Source: Octopus bimaculoides (taxonomy: Eukaryota). Taken from it: a stretch of DNA of 59,850 bases. The stretch covers positions 51,653,906-51,713,755 of the forward strand of contig NC_068986.1 of the NCBI RefSeq assembly GCF_001194135.2, given 5' to 3'. Made by a program: the position numbers and the translations under genes. Below are positions 1-12,110 of this stretch, in pieces. The number at the start of each line of letters is the position of its first letter. Position 1 is the first letter of the stretch. The notes under the pieces are model-generated. The model saw nothing but the letters and a program-made list of their open reading frames with translations, was not told where the DNA came from and ran no database searches.

Positions 1-315
1 CGTGACCGTTGCCAGTACCGCCTGACTGGCCTTGTAGGGTTTTCGAGCGAGATCGTTGCCAGTGCCCCTGGACTGGCTCTTGTGTGGGTGGCACATAAAA
101 GACACCATTTCGAGCGTGGCCGTTTTCGTGTGGGTGACATGTAAAAGCACCCACTACACTCTGAGTGGTTGGCGTTAGGAAGGGCATCCAGCTGTAGAAA
201 CTCTGCCAAATTAGATTGGAGCCTGGTGTAGCCATCCGGTTGCACCAGTCCTCAGTCAAATTGCCCAACCCATGCTAGCATGGAAAGCGGACGTTAAACG
301 ATGATGATGATGATG
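1..315 (+). mobile_element. Family A non-autonomous retroposon (hairpin array + RTE-like tail), 5' end outside window
   Basis: GTTGCCAGT..GACTGGC units, then GGTTGGCGTTAGGAAGGGCATCCAGCTGTAGAAAC..CCCATGCTAGCATGGAAAGCGGACGTTAAAC(GAT)n; near-identical to 59542-59833. Confidence 0.9.
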
Positions 316-574
316 CATATAAAACAAACGTGTTTTATAGAAATATGAATATATATAAATGTGTGCATATATACAAACAAGTACACATACATATACACTC
401 ACACCCACACACATATGTATGTATTATAGTGATAGGTGTCTGTTGTTCAATGATGCATGTTCACTTACGTGATCAAATGAATTGTCTGCTCATGAATTAA
501 TGTGTAACAGCTGAGCATTTCACACACGCAAACACCCATAATGTAAATCTCATACAGAATTAATATGTATAGTG

Positions 575-750
575 TGTGACAAGGCTGTACCTTTGAATCA
601 GAAGTACAATCCACCCAATGATCCCCTAAACAGTTTATGTCTACCCACTTTTACTTCCAAGCTATGAGTTCACTTGAGGCTACAGAAAATAACATCATCC
701 AAGACAGCTTGCTATGAAATTGAACCCAAGACCATGTGATTGAGTAGTTG
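575..750 (-). mobile_element. Family G tRNA-headed SINE, degraded
   Basis: Similar to 52930-53078 and to the reverse complement of 47545-47770. Confidence 0.55.
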
Positions 751-792
751 AGAGACTATTGGGTCACACTATATCTATAGTATACATCATAC

Positions 793-1035
793 TGCCAGAC
801 ACCCTTCCTGCCACCATTGTTCACCTGTTTCTAGGCAAAGGTAATATTTCCCCATGTATGTGTACACACACACATACATATATATAAGCACAACAGGCTT
901 CCTTCAGTTTCTGTCTACTAAATTCATTCACAAGGCCTTGATCAGCCTCATAAAAAAACAGCTGTTCAAGGTGCAACACAGTGGGACTGAACCTAGAACC
1001 ATGTGGTTGGAAAGCAAACTTCTTATCACATACCC

Positions 1036-1040
<5 letters not shown>
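793..1040 (-). mobile_element. Composite SINE: B head + (TG)n + truncated A2 body
   Basis: CCCTTCCTG..CACCTGTTTC..GGTAATATTTCCCC, then CA repeat, then CAGTGGGACTGAACC..ACCATGTGGTTGGAAAGC. Confidence 0.75.

Positions 1041-1081
<41 letters not shown>
1037..1081 (+). repeat. (TG)n microsatellite
   Basis: Direct inspection. Confidence 0.97.
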
Positions 1082-1085
<4 letters not shown>

Positions 1086-1914
1086 GAATGAGAAAGTTAA
1101 ATACACATAAAATAAAAATAGTCACCTAAAAGTTGCATCTGCTTTCCTTTTCGTTTTTAATTTTTATTTAATTTTCTTCTCTTTTTTTTTTTTTGTATCC
1201 TCATTCCAATCAAACTTCATGCTAAGAAAAACATTAATTTCAACTTCAGAACATGTTCAAAAGTCTACTCTAATATTACACCATGTCAATTCAAAATGAC
1301 TTCTAATGCAGCACATGATGACTTCTGCTGTCTCCTCAGATGCTATTTTATATAAATACAAGAAAACAGCAGACTATGAACAAACTATAGAAGTTCCATG
1401 TTAGGAAAGATGTAATATAAATAGTTCAAACAACAAAATATGTACAGTGGTGCAAAGCCAAAGTCAAATGTTTTGGATGTTTGTCCATCTTAAGGTAGAA
1501 AGAGGAGATTTAAAAAAAAGCCACAAAAATATTTTATTGATAAATTGCAAAACTTTTTCTTTTTTTTTTCATATACCTTGAGACTCAAAACTGGTGTTTA
1601 ATTCGGTTTCCATAGTGAATGAGATTACAATATTCCACTCGACTGGATAGGATGCCAGTCACAAGGTTAACTTCCCAACTATTGCTAGAACTCATTTACA
1701 GCTGAGTATTAATTACTTGTAGCTATTTAAGCAATGAGTTCATGGATGGTTAATGGGGTAGCTGTGGTACTGAAGAAGAAGCAAGAACTCCTGAAATATC
1801 TATATACACCCACTACCTATTTTTCTATTTTTAGACACATTTAGATACGAAATGTAACAAATCAGAGCTGGTTATAATTTCTAGAGAAAATCTATAGGGA
1901 GAGTAAACTAGAGC

Positions 1915-2020
1915 AATGTGAATGAAGCATTTTGCTCGAAAATACAGTGCATCACCTGGGCCAGGTTAGTGAAACCGCAATATTGAAACTGAGAGTGCAA
2001 CACTCTAACCACTAAGCCAT
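1915..2020 (-). mobile_element. Family G SINE head, degraded
   Basis: TTTTGCTCGAAAATAC..CTCTAACCACTAAGCCATGCA resembles 52985-53078. Confidence 0.55.
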
Positions 2021-2964
2021 GCATTTTTACAGTCCCAAAAACTGCTAATGGGGGAGGGGGAAATAAATATAAAAAATGGAGAAATGTTGTAAGAAGGAAA
2101 GCTGACATAAGGAATGACCAAATTCGATTTGTCTGATTACAAAACACACTGTTATCATATCATGAAGTAACAATAAGAATTTCTTATCACATTTTTTTTC
2201 GCAAAGTAACAAATAAAATGGGAAGGGGAGACAATAAATGAAAGAAAACACTGTTGAGAATTCTCACATTGTGCATTATGTAAAGACTAATACATTCTCA
2301 CAAGCAATCCATTCAACAACTTCTGCATTTCACCCTTAGTGATATGTTTACTTATACTGTAGTAAAATATTCAATCAATTCATTCAATTAATAACTATCA
2401 ATACAGCTGCAATGCCTTCCATCACAACTCAAGTGATAAGACTATAAATCAGCAGGATAAAAAGAAGAAACACATTACATTTCACTTAATTGTTTCCTTG
2501 CAAACATCCACCAATATACAATGTTATTGCTAGCTAACAACAGTAGTGCTACTACTGTTTATGGTGGTGATGGTAGTGGTGATGACGATGCGATGGTGCT
2601 GCTACCATTGTAGGCTGCTAGAAGCAAGTTGAGGAAGAGAGGAAAAAAAAATTAATCACCAATAAAATTGAAATATAAAAAACAACCAGTTTCTTGTTTG
2701 CAACGCACTTCTAAAAACGTATTACAGTTAACAACTGTAATAATTCCCTTCTTTTGGCTCCACTTCTTCCTCCTCACTGCCGCACCATCATCATCAATGA
2801 TTCTCAATTAAGAGAAACGGTCAAGTTTTCACATTCTTACAGTTTATGGTCGACATTTCGAATGGTTATAGATTACAAAAAATTATGTTCAAAATGTTAC
2901 TGATGCAATAAATAAGATATCATTTGTGGCCTTTGTGTACCCTGTGTTAGATGTTAGAGACCAC

Positions 2965-3140
2965 TGTTAAAAGTGATGGGTTGGTAGTGTCATTTAATCA
3001 TAGAATGACAAAGAGTATTTAACAACAACCCTTTTATGTTCTGAGTTCAAATCCCAGCAAGGTCAAGTTTACCTTTCATTCTTCTAGTGGGGTTAATAAA
3101 ATAGAATAGCAGTCATGTTCTGAGTCAATTTAATAATCAA
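2965..3140 (+). mobile_element. Family C SINE, degraded
   Basis: GTTCTGAGTTCAAATCCC..GGTCAAGTTTACCTTTCATTC matches the core of 35170-35388. Confidence 0.7.
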
Positions 3141-3362
3141 TCATTAAACCCAAGACATAAATGGAATAATAATTGTAACTGTTACTGCCACAGGAAGAAA
3201 GGCATTAATGACAACTTAGTACTTCTTTAAAAATCTCCAGCTCCATACTTAATTAAAATATATATACATACACAAAAACTGCTGTCAGTACTAGGCTACT
3301 ACTTAATATTTATACCAGATGTTAGAGACTCATACATATTATTTTACATTCGTCTTGATGCT

Positions 3363-3864
3363 TAACACTTTTGACACCATATTTCTGTTGAATTATACAG
3401 CTTTGTTTCAGTTTTGAAAATAATGAAGAATTTAGTGAAATAACTGTCATTATTAAGCTGGTGTTTGAAACATAAATTAATATGAAATTTTCATGAAAGA
3501 TTTTAATTTAGATCACTTTAAAATAGGAAGTTTGCATCAGAGAATGAAGGATAGTCTTCGGTAAGTTAGCATTTAAACTGGCTATATCCAGCCCAAATAT
3601 TCTTTTCTACTCTAAGCACAAGGACCGAAATTTTGGGGGGAGGGGACCAGTCGATTAGATAAACCCCAGTACACAGTACACATATCCAGCCCAAGTAGTC
3701 TCCCTGTTTTAGGTTCAGCATCTAATGCCTACCTTACAATGTTATTCTAAAAATATACAATTGCATCATTGAAATCTCAAAGCTACAAGGTAACACACAA
3801 GTAATTCAAAATAACATGAATAAATAAGCATTACATTTGACAAAGTAATCTGAATGCTAAAGGG
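3363..3864. mobile_element. Two abutting piggyBac-type MITEs with a nested SINE fragment
   Basis: Left part resembles 54992-55213 and 25079-25274; right part ends AATGCTAAAGGG like 29889-30053. Confidence 0.7.
3597..3681 (-). mobile_element. 5'-truncated family C SINE with 13-bp target-site duplication
   Basis: ATATCCAGCCCAA at 3584-3596 and 3682-3694 flanks a C-family 3' end. Confidence 0.8.
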
Positions 3865-3984
3865 TTAGATATATTCAAACCATGCCAGCAATTTCACAAG
3901 TCATTAAAGCATTAGATTAAATGCTTTATGTATATTTGTTCCAACTCTCTGTGCTCTATGTCAAAATCCCTTTTTGGTCAACTT

Positions 3985-4145
3985 GATCATTCATCTTGAC
4001 ACAAAGTACATCTTATGGAGTTTGTACCTATGCCTTTTCTACAGATCAAGTAGGAGGACCGTCTACCTGAAGGGATTTGTGATTTGTCTGCCTTCCTATT
4101 TACTAAGACTTTGGTTTTTGCCAGATTGACTTCTAAGGCCCTTGA
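3985..4145 (-). mobile_element. RTE-clade LINE ORF2 fragment (post-RT, Cys-rich)
   Basis: Translates to VNLAKTKVLVNRKADKSQIPSGR..LICRKGIGTNSIRCTLC, typical of the RTE sequence following the RT. Confidence 0.75.
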
Positions 4146-4265
4146 AGCCCCCCCCCAAAAAAAAAAAATAATATCTACATGATCAGTCACTCTGCCACAA
4201 ATAGCAGTCAAATCTTGTTCCAATCACACTATATTGTCTCAAAATGGAAATACATATTTGACTTC

Positions 4266-4640
4266 ATAATCATCATCAAACATCTACTCTTTATGCTGGC
4301 ATGGGTTAGATGGTTTGAATGGAGCTGATAAACCAGAGAGCTGCATCAGCTTCCAATCTGATTTGGTGTAGTTTCCACAACTGGATGCCCTTCTTAATAG
4401 CAGACACTCTAGGAGTGTAATGTGTGCTTTCACGTGCCACCAACACGGGTGCCATTTACATGGCACCAGCAAAGACCACAACTATGATTCACGGGTGCCA
4501 TTCACATGGCACCAGCAACAACCACAAGTATGATGCACAAGTGTCATTTAAATTCCCTCGGCAACGACCATGATGATTCACAGGTGCCCTTTACATGGTA
4601 CCAGCATCAACCATGACTACGATTCATGGGTACCATTCTC
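4266..4640 (-). mobile_element. Family A retroposon with an array of about five ~46-bp hairpin units
   Basis: Reverse-complement tail at 4266-4420; units start at 4444, 4490, 4536, 4579 and 4625. Confidence 0.85.
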
Positions 4641-5396
4641 AAATTCACAACATCTGGATGGAGAAAGAGAGAGAAAGAGAAAGTGAGAGAGAAAGAGAGA
4701 GTGAGAGATAAAAAGGGAGTGAGAGAGAGAGAGATAGAGAGACAGATAGACAGAGAAAGGTGGTGATGGCTGGAACACTTTTGATAATCAATCTGTTTGA
4801 GTAAAGTTAATCTCAAGCTAAACAATACCAGCAACATTAACGCTATGAAATTGATGTAATATTCACTATATGAAGTTAAGAACATTAATTCATATAGAAG
4901 AATGTCTACGACAAGTTAAGAAATTACTTCTTTCCTATCAGATCAGTTTCTTTTTATCACAAAATCATAAAATAATATTTCCAAAGCAAGAATATTAAAA
5001 TAGCAACAACAACATCAAAATGAAAACAAGATACTATTATAGAAAAAAAACCCATCAATTTGATTTTATGCTATGAGAATTCTATTTCCTTGAAATGATA
5101 TTTATTTAGCTATGTTTCTTTTTTATTTAGTTATGTACATGTTTTTCTTTTTAAAGAAGATGCCTTTCCCCCCAAACCAGCACCTATACACATTCCAAAT
5201 ATCTTTTTCCTATAACAGTGTTAAAGCAATCAATCTCCAGATGTTGTGAATTTAAGCGCCCACCCAGCTGATGAATTCAATATGAGCAGATTGGCAGACA
5301 ACAGGTAAAATTTAAAGTGTATAAACAAATAAAACCAAAAACAAAAAAATCTACTATAAATGCTTGTTGAGGAAAAGTGTACAATTCACTACTCAC

Positions 5397-5412
5397 AAGC
5401 AGAGAGAGTATT
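5397..5412 (-). other. Candidate 16-nt microexon
   Basis: Minus strand: pyrimidine tract, CTGAC, TGTTGTAG|AATACTCTCTCTGCTT|GTGAGT. Confidence 0.3.
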
Positions 5413-6884
5413 CTACAACAGTCAGTCGAAGAATAGGGAACCAAATGAATAAAAAAAAGAAAGAAAAACATTAAAATTAAATAATGTAACAACTGACTCT
5501 GAAAAGATGTTATTTCTTAAAGTACTGAAATCTCTGCAAAAGTACAACATTATACAAAATCTGAGATTTCTTTTTTTTTTTTTCAGTTTTGTTGATAGAT
5601 TTACATTCATTTTATAATATATTTTGATTCATTTTTTTATTTTCTTATTTTTTTCTTTACTAAATTTAACATATTGCTGTTGAAGAAACATACTTTAACT
5701 GAATTTTCCTTTTTTTTTTTTGTCATTCCACATTACGCTATATAGCCAGCTGTTCTCTTGAAGCAAGACATAAAAGAACTCCAAGCCACACACACACATA
5801 TACATATGCATATGGTTAGTTTGAAATAAAATAAATCTTTCCTGTTAGAATATTCAGACTCAAAGCTAACACAATGTACTTGTTTTACAAACAACTTGGT
5901 GTGAGTGTGTGTATATATGTTTCTCTCAGTGTACATATTTATATTAAATAATTAAATAAATAAACAAGGAGAATAAATCAACAGAATATTGAATGGATCA
6001 TGATTCAGTTCATACAAATATATAAATACATATATATATAAATGAGAGAGAGAGAGAGAGCTATGTGAGTCTGTATATTCACATATATATATATATGTAT
6101 ATTTATGTAGATGCATACACACACACAAATACACACATATTTGCAGACACACGTGAATGTGTTTGTATGTGTATGTATATACAAATATATATAAATATAT
6201 ATACACACACACATCTCTGTTCACAAACATCTTCAAAATCAATAAAAGCATAACAGAAAGAAGAAAAGCAAACAAGCAGAAATTGATTTTTCTTGCTTGT
6301 ATTTTAGTTATTTTATTTTCCTTAAACTTCATTCACACATTTATGTATATGTCTATATGTATATATGTATGTGCATATAATTCCCACTTTTTAAAATTCA
6401 AATTTCCCCAACAAACAGGCTTAACAATAAGAGGTCAATTCCTAACAATGCTCAGGATACTTCTGCTTCAACACAAATCAGAAATATATATATTATGCAA
6501 GCTACATTGAGAACTAAACAAGAATTACCTCCACCCTAAATTCAAGGAGTTACCACCAACCAGGTCAATTTGACATAAATTATCAATAAAATAAATAGAT
6601 AGCATAGACTTCTCAGCCTGTTATATATTTATATGCTTGAGCAGGGAGAACAATAATCTATTTTGACAGAAATACTATACCGCACAATAGTAGTACTGCA
6701 GTTGTCAACAACAAACAGTAGGATTCAAACACAGAACGGAAGCAACAAGGGAGCCTACCAGTGTATGTATGTGTAGGAACACAAACATGTAAACGTAGAG
6801 TTGCTCAAAGCTATGAAGGACAACAGCCATATCTTCTTAAAGTCCTATCTACCACCATAAAAATTTTGAAGGACACAAGTATGA

Positions 6885-7034
6885 TGATGTGCTAAGAAAT
6901 ATGCTTCCCAAATCACACGGTTCTGGGTTCAGTTCCATTGTGGGGCCCCTTTATGTAAGTGTCTTCTAGCATAACCCCAGGCTAACCAAAACTTTGTAAG
7001 TGGTTTTGCTAGACTGAAACTGAAAGAAGTCTAT

Positions 7035-7127
<93 letters not shown>

Positions 7128-7290
7128 TTGACAACCAGTGTTGGTTTGTTTATATCCTGTAACCTAGCAGTCGAACAAAAGAAACCTATAAATAAGTATC
7201 AGAATCAGTTCATTCAACTAAAACCTTTCAAGGCAGTGCCCCTGCATAACCACAGTTCAATGACTGAAACACTTAAAAAAAATAAAAAGA
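6885..7290 (+). mobile_element. Family B SINE with internal (TG)n(TA)n
   Basis: tRNA-like head GGTTCTGGGTTCAGTTCC, microsatellite 7037-7125, tail TTGACAACC..AATGACTGAAAC. Confidence 0.85.
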
Positions 7291-7871
7291 CATTGTGTAA
7301 TAAAACTTTGGGCACTTTATCCTTGAAAAAGAGATGTGGTGGTGATAGGGCAGCTAGAATGCCTTCTATTATAAACCTGCTTCACTGGGGATGTCTTGGG
7401 GGATAAAACAACCTCATCAGGGTACAGAACAGAAATATTCATCCTTTAAAATTTTTGTTGTCCAAAATAAAAATAAGATAAAAGCAGGTGCCTAAGTTTT
7501 CTCGAGTGGGTGGTCAAGAATTCAGCTTCATAACCATAACACCTGCATCTCTTCAATATAATAAGGTGATCGTTCTTATGTAAATCTTCATTTTTCTCAC
7601 ACACCCCACTAGTATAACCAGCCTGTAGTTCATGTATTTTACAGAGCCAATCAACGATGAAAATATTTCACAGTCTCTCCAAGCAACTCCACATAAAATA
7701 GTGTCAGTTGTGATTGGTGATTGCAGAAGAATCTACGAGACAACAAACCAAGAAAGTCAAATATGGTTGCAGCATACTGACATCAGATAAAATACCTTCA
7801 TATCATTTCTAGTCATCTACACACCAAATTTGAAATACCATATTTTCCTGCATGCAAGCTAATGTAGTATA

Positions 7872-8092
7872 CACAAGGGGACGCTGAAAAGTTTCTGGCT
7901 TTAAGGGTATCGTGAAAAGTCTGGCTGGAGGTGCAACCTTTTGAGTTCTTTTATAGGGCTTAGAAAAACTGAAGGACTGCTGCAATAAGTATATGGATCT
8001 GAGATGGAAATATGTTGAATAAAATCATAAATAAATGATCCTCCTTTATTTTCTTTTACCCAAAGCCAGGAACTTTTCAGCACCCCCTCATA
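7872..8092 (+). mobile_element. Mariner-derived MITE
   Basis: ~30-bp TIRs (GGGG..GCTGAAAAGTT.CTGGCTTT / AAAGCCAGGAACTTTTCAGCACCCCCTCA); internal GLEKLKDCCNKYMDLRWKYVE* resembles the mariner transposase C-terminus. Confidence 0.85.
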
Positions 8093-9052
8093 ATGTAGTA
8101 TATACATTCAAACATCATCAGTATTTTCCGAATCCTGTTGCATATTACAAGGAGGTTTTGGTCCTCCAAAGTCATCTTGTGGTGTAAGTTGATCTACTCC
8201 ACTTCCTTTTTTTTTTATTCTATAAATTCTAGTTTGAAAATCTCAACTTGCATGCCAGAAAATACAATAATGTGGTATTCTGGATTGCAGTGTAATTCTA
8301 TTTGGTCATATCAATACAAAATACTTCTTTACACAAAATTATCAGTGCTTGTAAAACTAAATTGCAATCTCAGATTGCTTAAGCTCAGTCAGTTTTGAAA
8401 ATTTATATGCGCACTTTAAAACAACATTATAAATAAACTTTTCAATTTGTTCACTTAAGATTTATTTCATTTGTGAATAGGAAAAATGGTAAAAAAAAAA
8501 ACACGACACCTAGGTTTCATGGAATCGGAAATAGTTATTAATAAACAGTGAAAATTAAATAAAACAGACAAGTAAAAGGCAATTGAAAAGTTCACTTAAA
8601 AGAAAAATTTGGTGTGTGTATAATTTTCTTTTAAATTGGTGATTTGTTCTATTTTATTTTATTTTATCTGTTTATTTATATCATTATTTTTGTCAGAATA
8701 CAATGATGTATGTGGAATAAAAGAACTATTCAATCATAGAATTTGACTATTTCAAAATAAATTACATATTTAGTAGCTAGATATGATAATAAATCAAATA
8801 GAATTCTATTATTAGATGAAAAGAAAAAAAAATAGACTAGCAAACTTTAGATAATTGCTAACTTTTGAGAAAAATTATTAAAAAAACAAAAGCAGAAAGC
8901 AAAAATGGTTGTTCATATTGTTACAAGAGGTGGAAGAAAAGAAAAAAAGTAAACCAAAAGACAAGTTCAACAACTATGATCTAGCTTCTGTTGTTGCAAC
9001 AGATCAAAAACAAAACTACAGAAAGTAAGAGTAAACAAAATAGACTGAAGTC

Positions 9053-9136
<84 letters not shown>
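9053..9136 (+). repeat. (TG)n(GA)n compound microsatellite
   Basis: Direct inspection. Confidence 0.95.
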
Positions 9137-10294
9137 TCTAATACAAGGTATAGTTTTATCATAGATTCACAAAGATCAGATGACAGACTGGCAAAAAAAA
9201 AAAGAAAAGTTTGGGAAAAAAAAAATATTAACTATAAACAATAATAGAAAAAAAAAAATTCTTTCCAGTGATAAATGATTTATGAGAAGCTTTAGAAAGA
9301 TTGGCAACAGATCACTTTATGTAGAACAGTGATCTATTTTCCAAATAACCAGAAACATTATTATTATTTTGCCAATAGCTTTAAAAGATATTTTAAATAT
9401 TCCACATTTCAACGTGTTTTATTGCTTATTTATTTATTTATTTAACAATTCATTCATTCATCTATTTATTTAAGGTGTGGTGGAGTTATTTGAACAAAGT
9501 TAGAGCAGCTTTTACTAATTACCTGGTATTGCTTCAAGGCTAAAGCAGTATCAAAATACTATTTTCAGTGGACTTTTCACTGAGGTATTCAATAACAGCA
9601 GTTATTTGTTCTATCTTCCTCTTTGTAGAAGATAACATACATTTGTAGCAACAGCAAGCAGGTGAAACCAATAATCAGCTTTATAAGTTTTCACTATCAC
9701 CAAGTTTAAGGGGAGAAAGATAAGAATTCCTTCTATGAATGGTTTCCCAAACCTACAACTCTTACATGAATGAAGATTAGGCTACTTCAGAACTTCAAGC
9801 ACAAATAATTACTGTTTCCGAAAGCATTTCAACAACCTAAGCAAAATTTCCACCCACATGTTTAATCTGTCTAACAATAAACAAAAACACTTTGGCAAAT
9901 TTCATTAGTTTACATTTTACACAAAGGTTCAAAAGGATGGTACCTATATGCTTTTCAATTGAAAAAACAACTGAGATAATTTTTTTAACTGAACACTAAA
10001 AACTCCTTTCTGACAGCTGTAACTAGGAGCAAACCCAAGACCTTACTTCCTTCTGTCTCAAGATATATTGCCGTTTTTATTTAATTTCACTACTGGCAGT
10101 TTGATCCCTGACAAAACCAAAATGTAGAAAGAATGTATATCCTAGATTTATGAGTAAGGAGTTCCATCTCTGTGCCAGAGATTTTTTCTAAAAAAAAAAA
10201 AAATACACTGCAGTACTGGTCTCACATCTAGAATATTGCTGCCACTACCAATACAAACATCCTAGACCAAATAAAAAAAATACATGGCTGGTAT

Positions 10295-10610
10295 GAAGTC
10301 ATTCATAAACCCCTTCCAAACCTTGGGCCTACACATGTGGTGTCTCTTTAATCTGCTTTTTATGCTGCTACTACAGAGGCCTCTGTTCCTTGGAGCTGGG
10401 TTGTCGTATGCCACCTCCACTTAAGTACTCTCAACTCACTTTGTCACCTATAGTGTTCATTCTCTCAACACTAGGCTTTGTACAGAGTAGTTTAGCTAAA
10501 CATACCTCCTCAAAGTATCAGCCATCTGGAATTCTCTCCCTGCCCATGTTAAAATTTAACTGTTCGAGAGAAACATTAACCAAATGAATCTCACAGGTGT
10601 CAATCTCACT
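10295..10610 (+). mobile_element. CR1/L2(Jockey)-group LINE ORF2 C-terminal fragment, decayed
   Basis: Frames give CYYRGLCSLELGCRMPPPL and SAIWNSLPAHV..NINQMNL, resembling the WNSLP motif region. Confidence 0.65.
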
Positions 10611-11071
10611 GGTTGCAAAGGCCACGTGCACATCCCCTTCATCATATCTTCAGGATCAAATCAATGAAAGCAAAATGATGTTTCAACTAGGATGCAACTA
10701 GCCATGCTTTGCATAAAACCTCAGTAACTATACTACCTCACTTTTGCGCAACAACAATAAACAACTGGGTTTTCAATATAAACCTTGAAACTTAGCAGAA
10801 TTCTGTTACAATGAAGCATTACACTCAATAATCTACATTCTCTCTAAGTCACAGTATATGCAATGACTATCTTACAATGCAATAACTACATCAGAAGACA
10901 GACTTATGGCCTATAAAGCCATGCATTTGCAATTCAAATTCAATGTGACATCACATGAACCACTTCACAATGACACCTCAAAAATTATACTAATTCAGAT
11001 GCTGCTATAACAACAAAATGCACCTCATTGACTATTTCAGTATACTAGCACTGAACTTCTACTTGACTTAC

Positions 11072-11172
11072 CAGAAAAGACGGGTGGGGGGCCCAAAACA
11101 AAAATACCCAGGGTGTTGTTCTTTTGGTAATTCAAACTTATCTTTCAAACTCCAAATATTACACTACAATAC
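11072..11172 (-). other. Candidate 101-nt exon (probably non-coding; 92 nt with the inner acceptor)
   Basis: Minus strand: TCTTTGCTGCTGCTCAGTCTCTCATTACTCTCCTTCTTACTATTTTAG| ... TCTG|GTAAGT; stops in all three frames of the long form. Confidence 0.4.
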
Positions 11173-11839
11173 CTAAAATAGTAAGAAGGAGAGTAATGAG
11201 AGACTGAGCAGCAGCAAAGAGAATTTCTAAATATAAGCCCAACAGTTAAATAAAAACCATCTCGGCTTTAAGTAGCACAAATCATACAGAATCAAAATGG
11301 ATTTTTCAAAAAATCAACCTTTCGGCTAATTCTTTAGTGTAGTTTTATGTTCTTTAGCATATCAATGTTATTTCCATTTGTAATTCTAGTTCTTTAGGGA
11401 TCTCCCATTGTCTGATGTGTCACTAGGTTTAGTTAAACTGTTTCTAATATCACTAATTTTTATATTAAGGTTAATAAGGATTTTGTATTTAACTGTATCC
11501 ACATCAAAGCTTTAATTTGTTATTAGAAACATCTCATTAGAAATTAGGTTATTTACAGAATTTGGGATTTCATTTTAGCCTAACAATTACATTTTGGTAG
11601 CTTTGTGACATATATACCTATTTACAATGAATTGTACATGATCATATGCAAGTCTCTAGCCCACAGTATATTTATGCTCAGTTATGTAGGGTCAGTGTGT
11701 ATTATTTGAACTCATCTTGACTATAGAGCAGCACAAATGAAAATTCACAAAAAGGCAGTTTTTTAGTCTTATGCTTGGTTGCTAGGTTATCTTGTTAGTG
11801 ATTTGGCCAGGTTCAAGTACAGAGAAATAATTAAAGAGA

Positions 11840-12110
11840 AGACAGAAGAAGAGAGAAAGAGAAGTGACAGAAGGGAGTGAGAAAGAGCAGGGGAACTTGA
11901 GAAAGAGAGAGTAAGAGCAAAAGAGACAGAGCTATAGAGAGCGGGAGGTAGATAGCGAAAGAGAGAGAGAGTGAGAAAGGCATAACTAAAGAGAGATAGG
12001 TATTAAGAGAGAAAGAGAGATGAGGAGAAAGAGACTGGGGATTGAAATGGAGGGAGGAGAGAAAAGAGAGAGAGAGAGAGAGAGGGAGACAATGGAGAGG
12101 GAGAGAGGGA
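11840..12110 (+). repeat. GA-rich polypurine tract
   Basis: Direct inspection. Confidence 0.9.

Noticed and set aside
5733-7406. ORFs rich in CVCV/YIYI/THTH (also 854, 13691, 14160, 38086 and others)
   Set aside because: Translations of dinucleotide microsatellites and SINE sequence.
9288-9327. Short hairpin AGATCACT/AGTGATCT and similar 7-9-bp stems (2540, 8975, 45333, 48800, 57085)
   Set aside because: Within chance expectation for AT-rich sequence; too short for pre-miRNA.
11340-11520. Possible R4-like C-terminal relic on minus strand
   Set aside because: Only a few residues of similarity (MG.IPKELE); too decayed to support.
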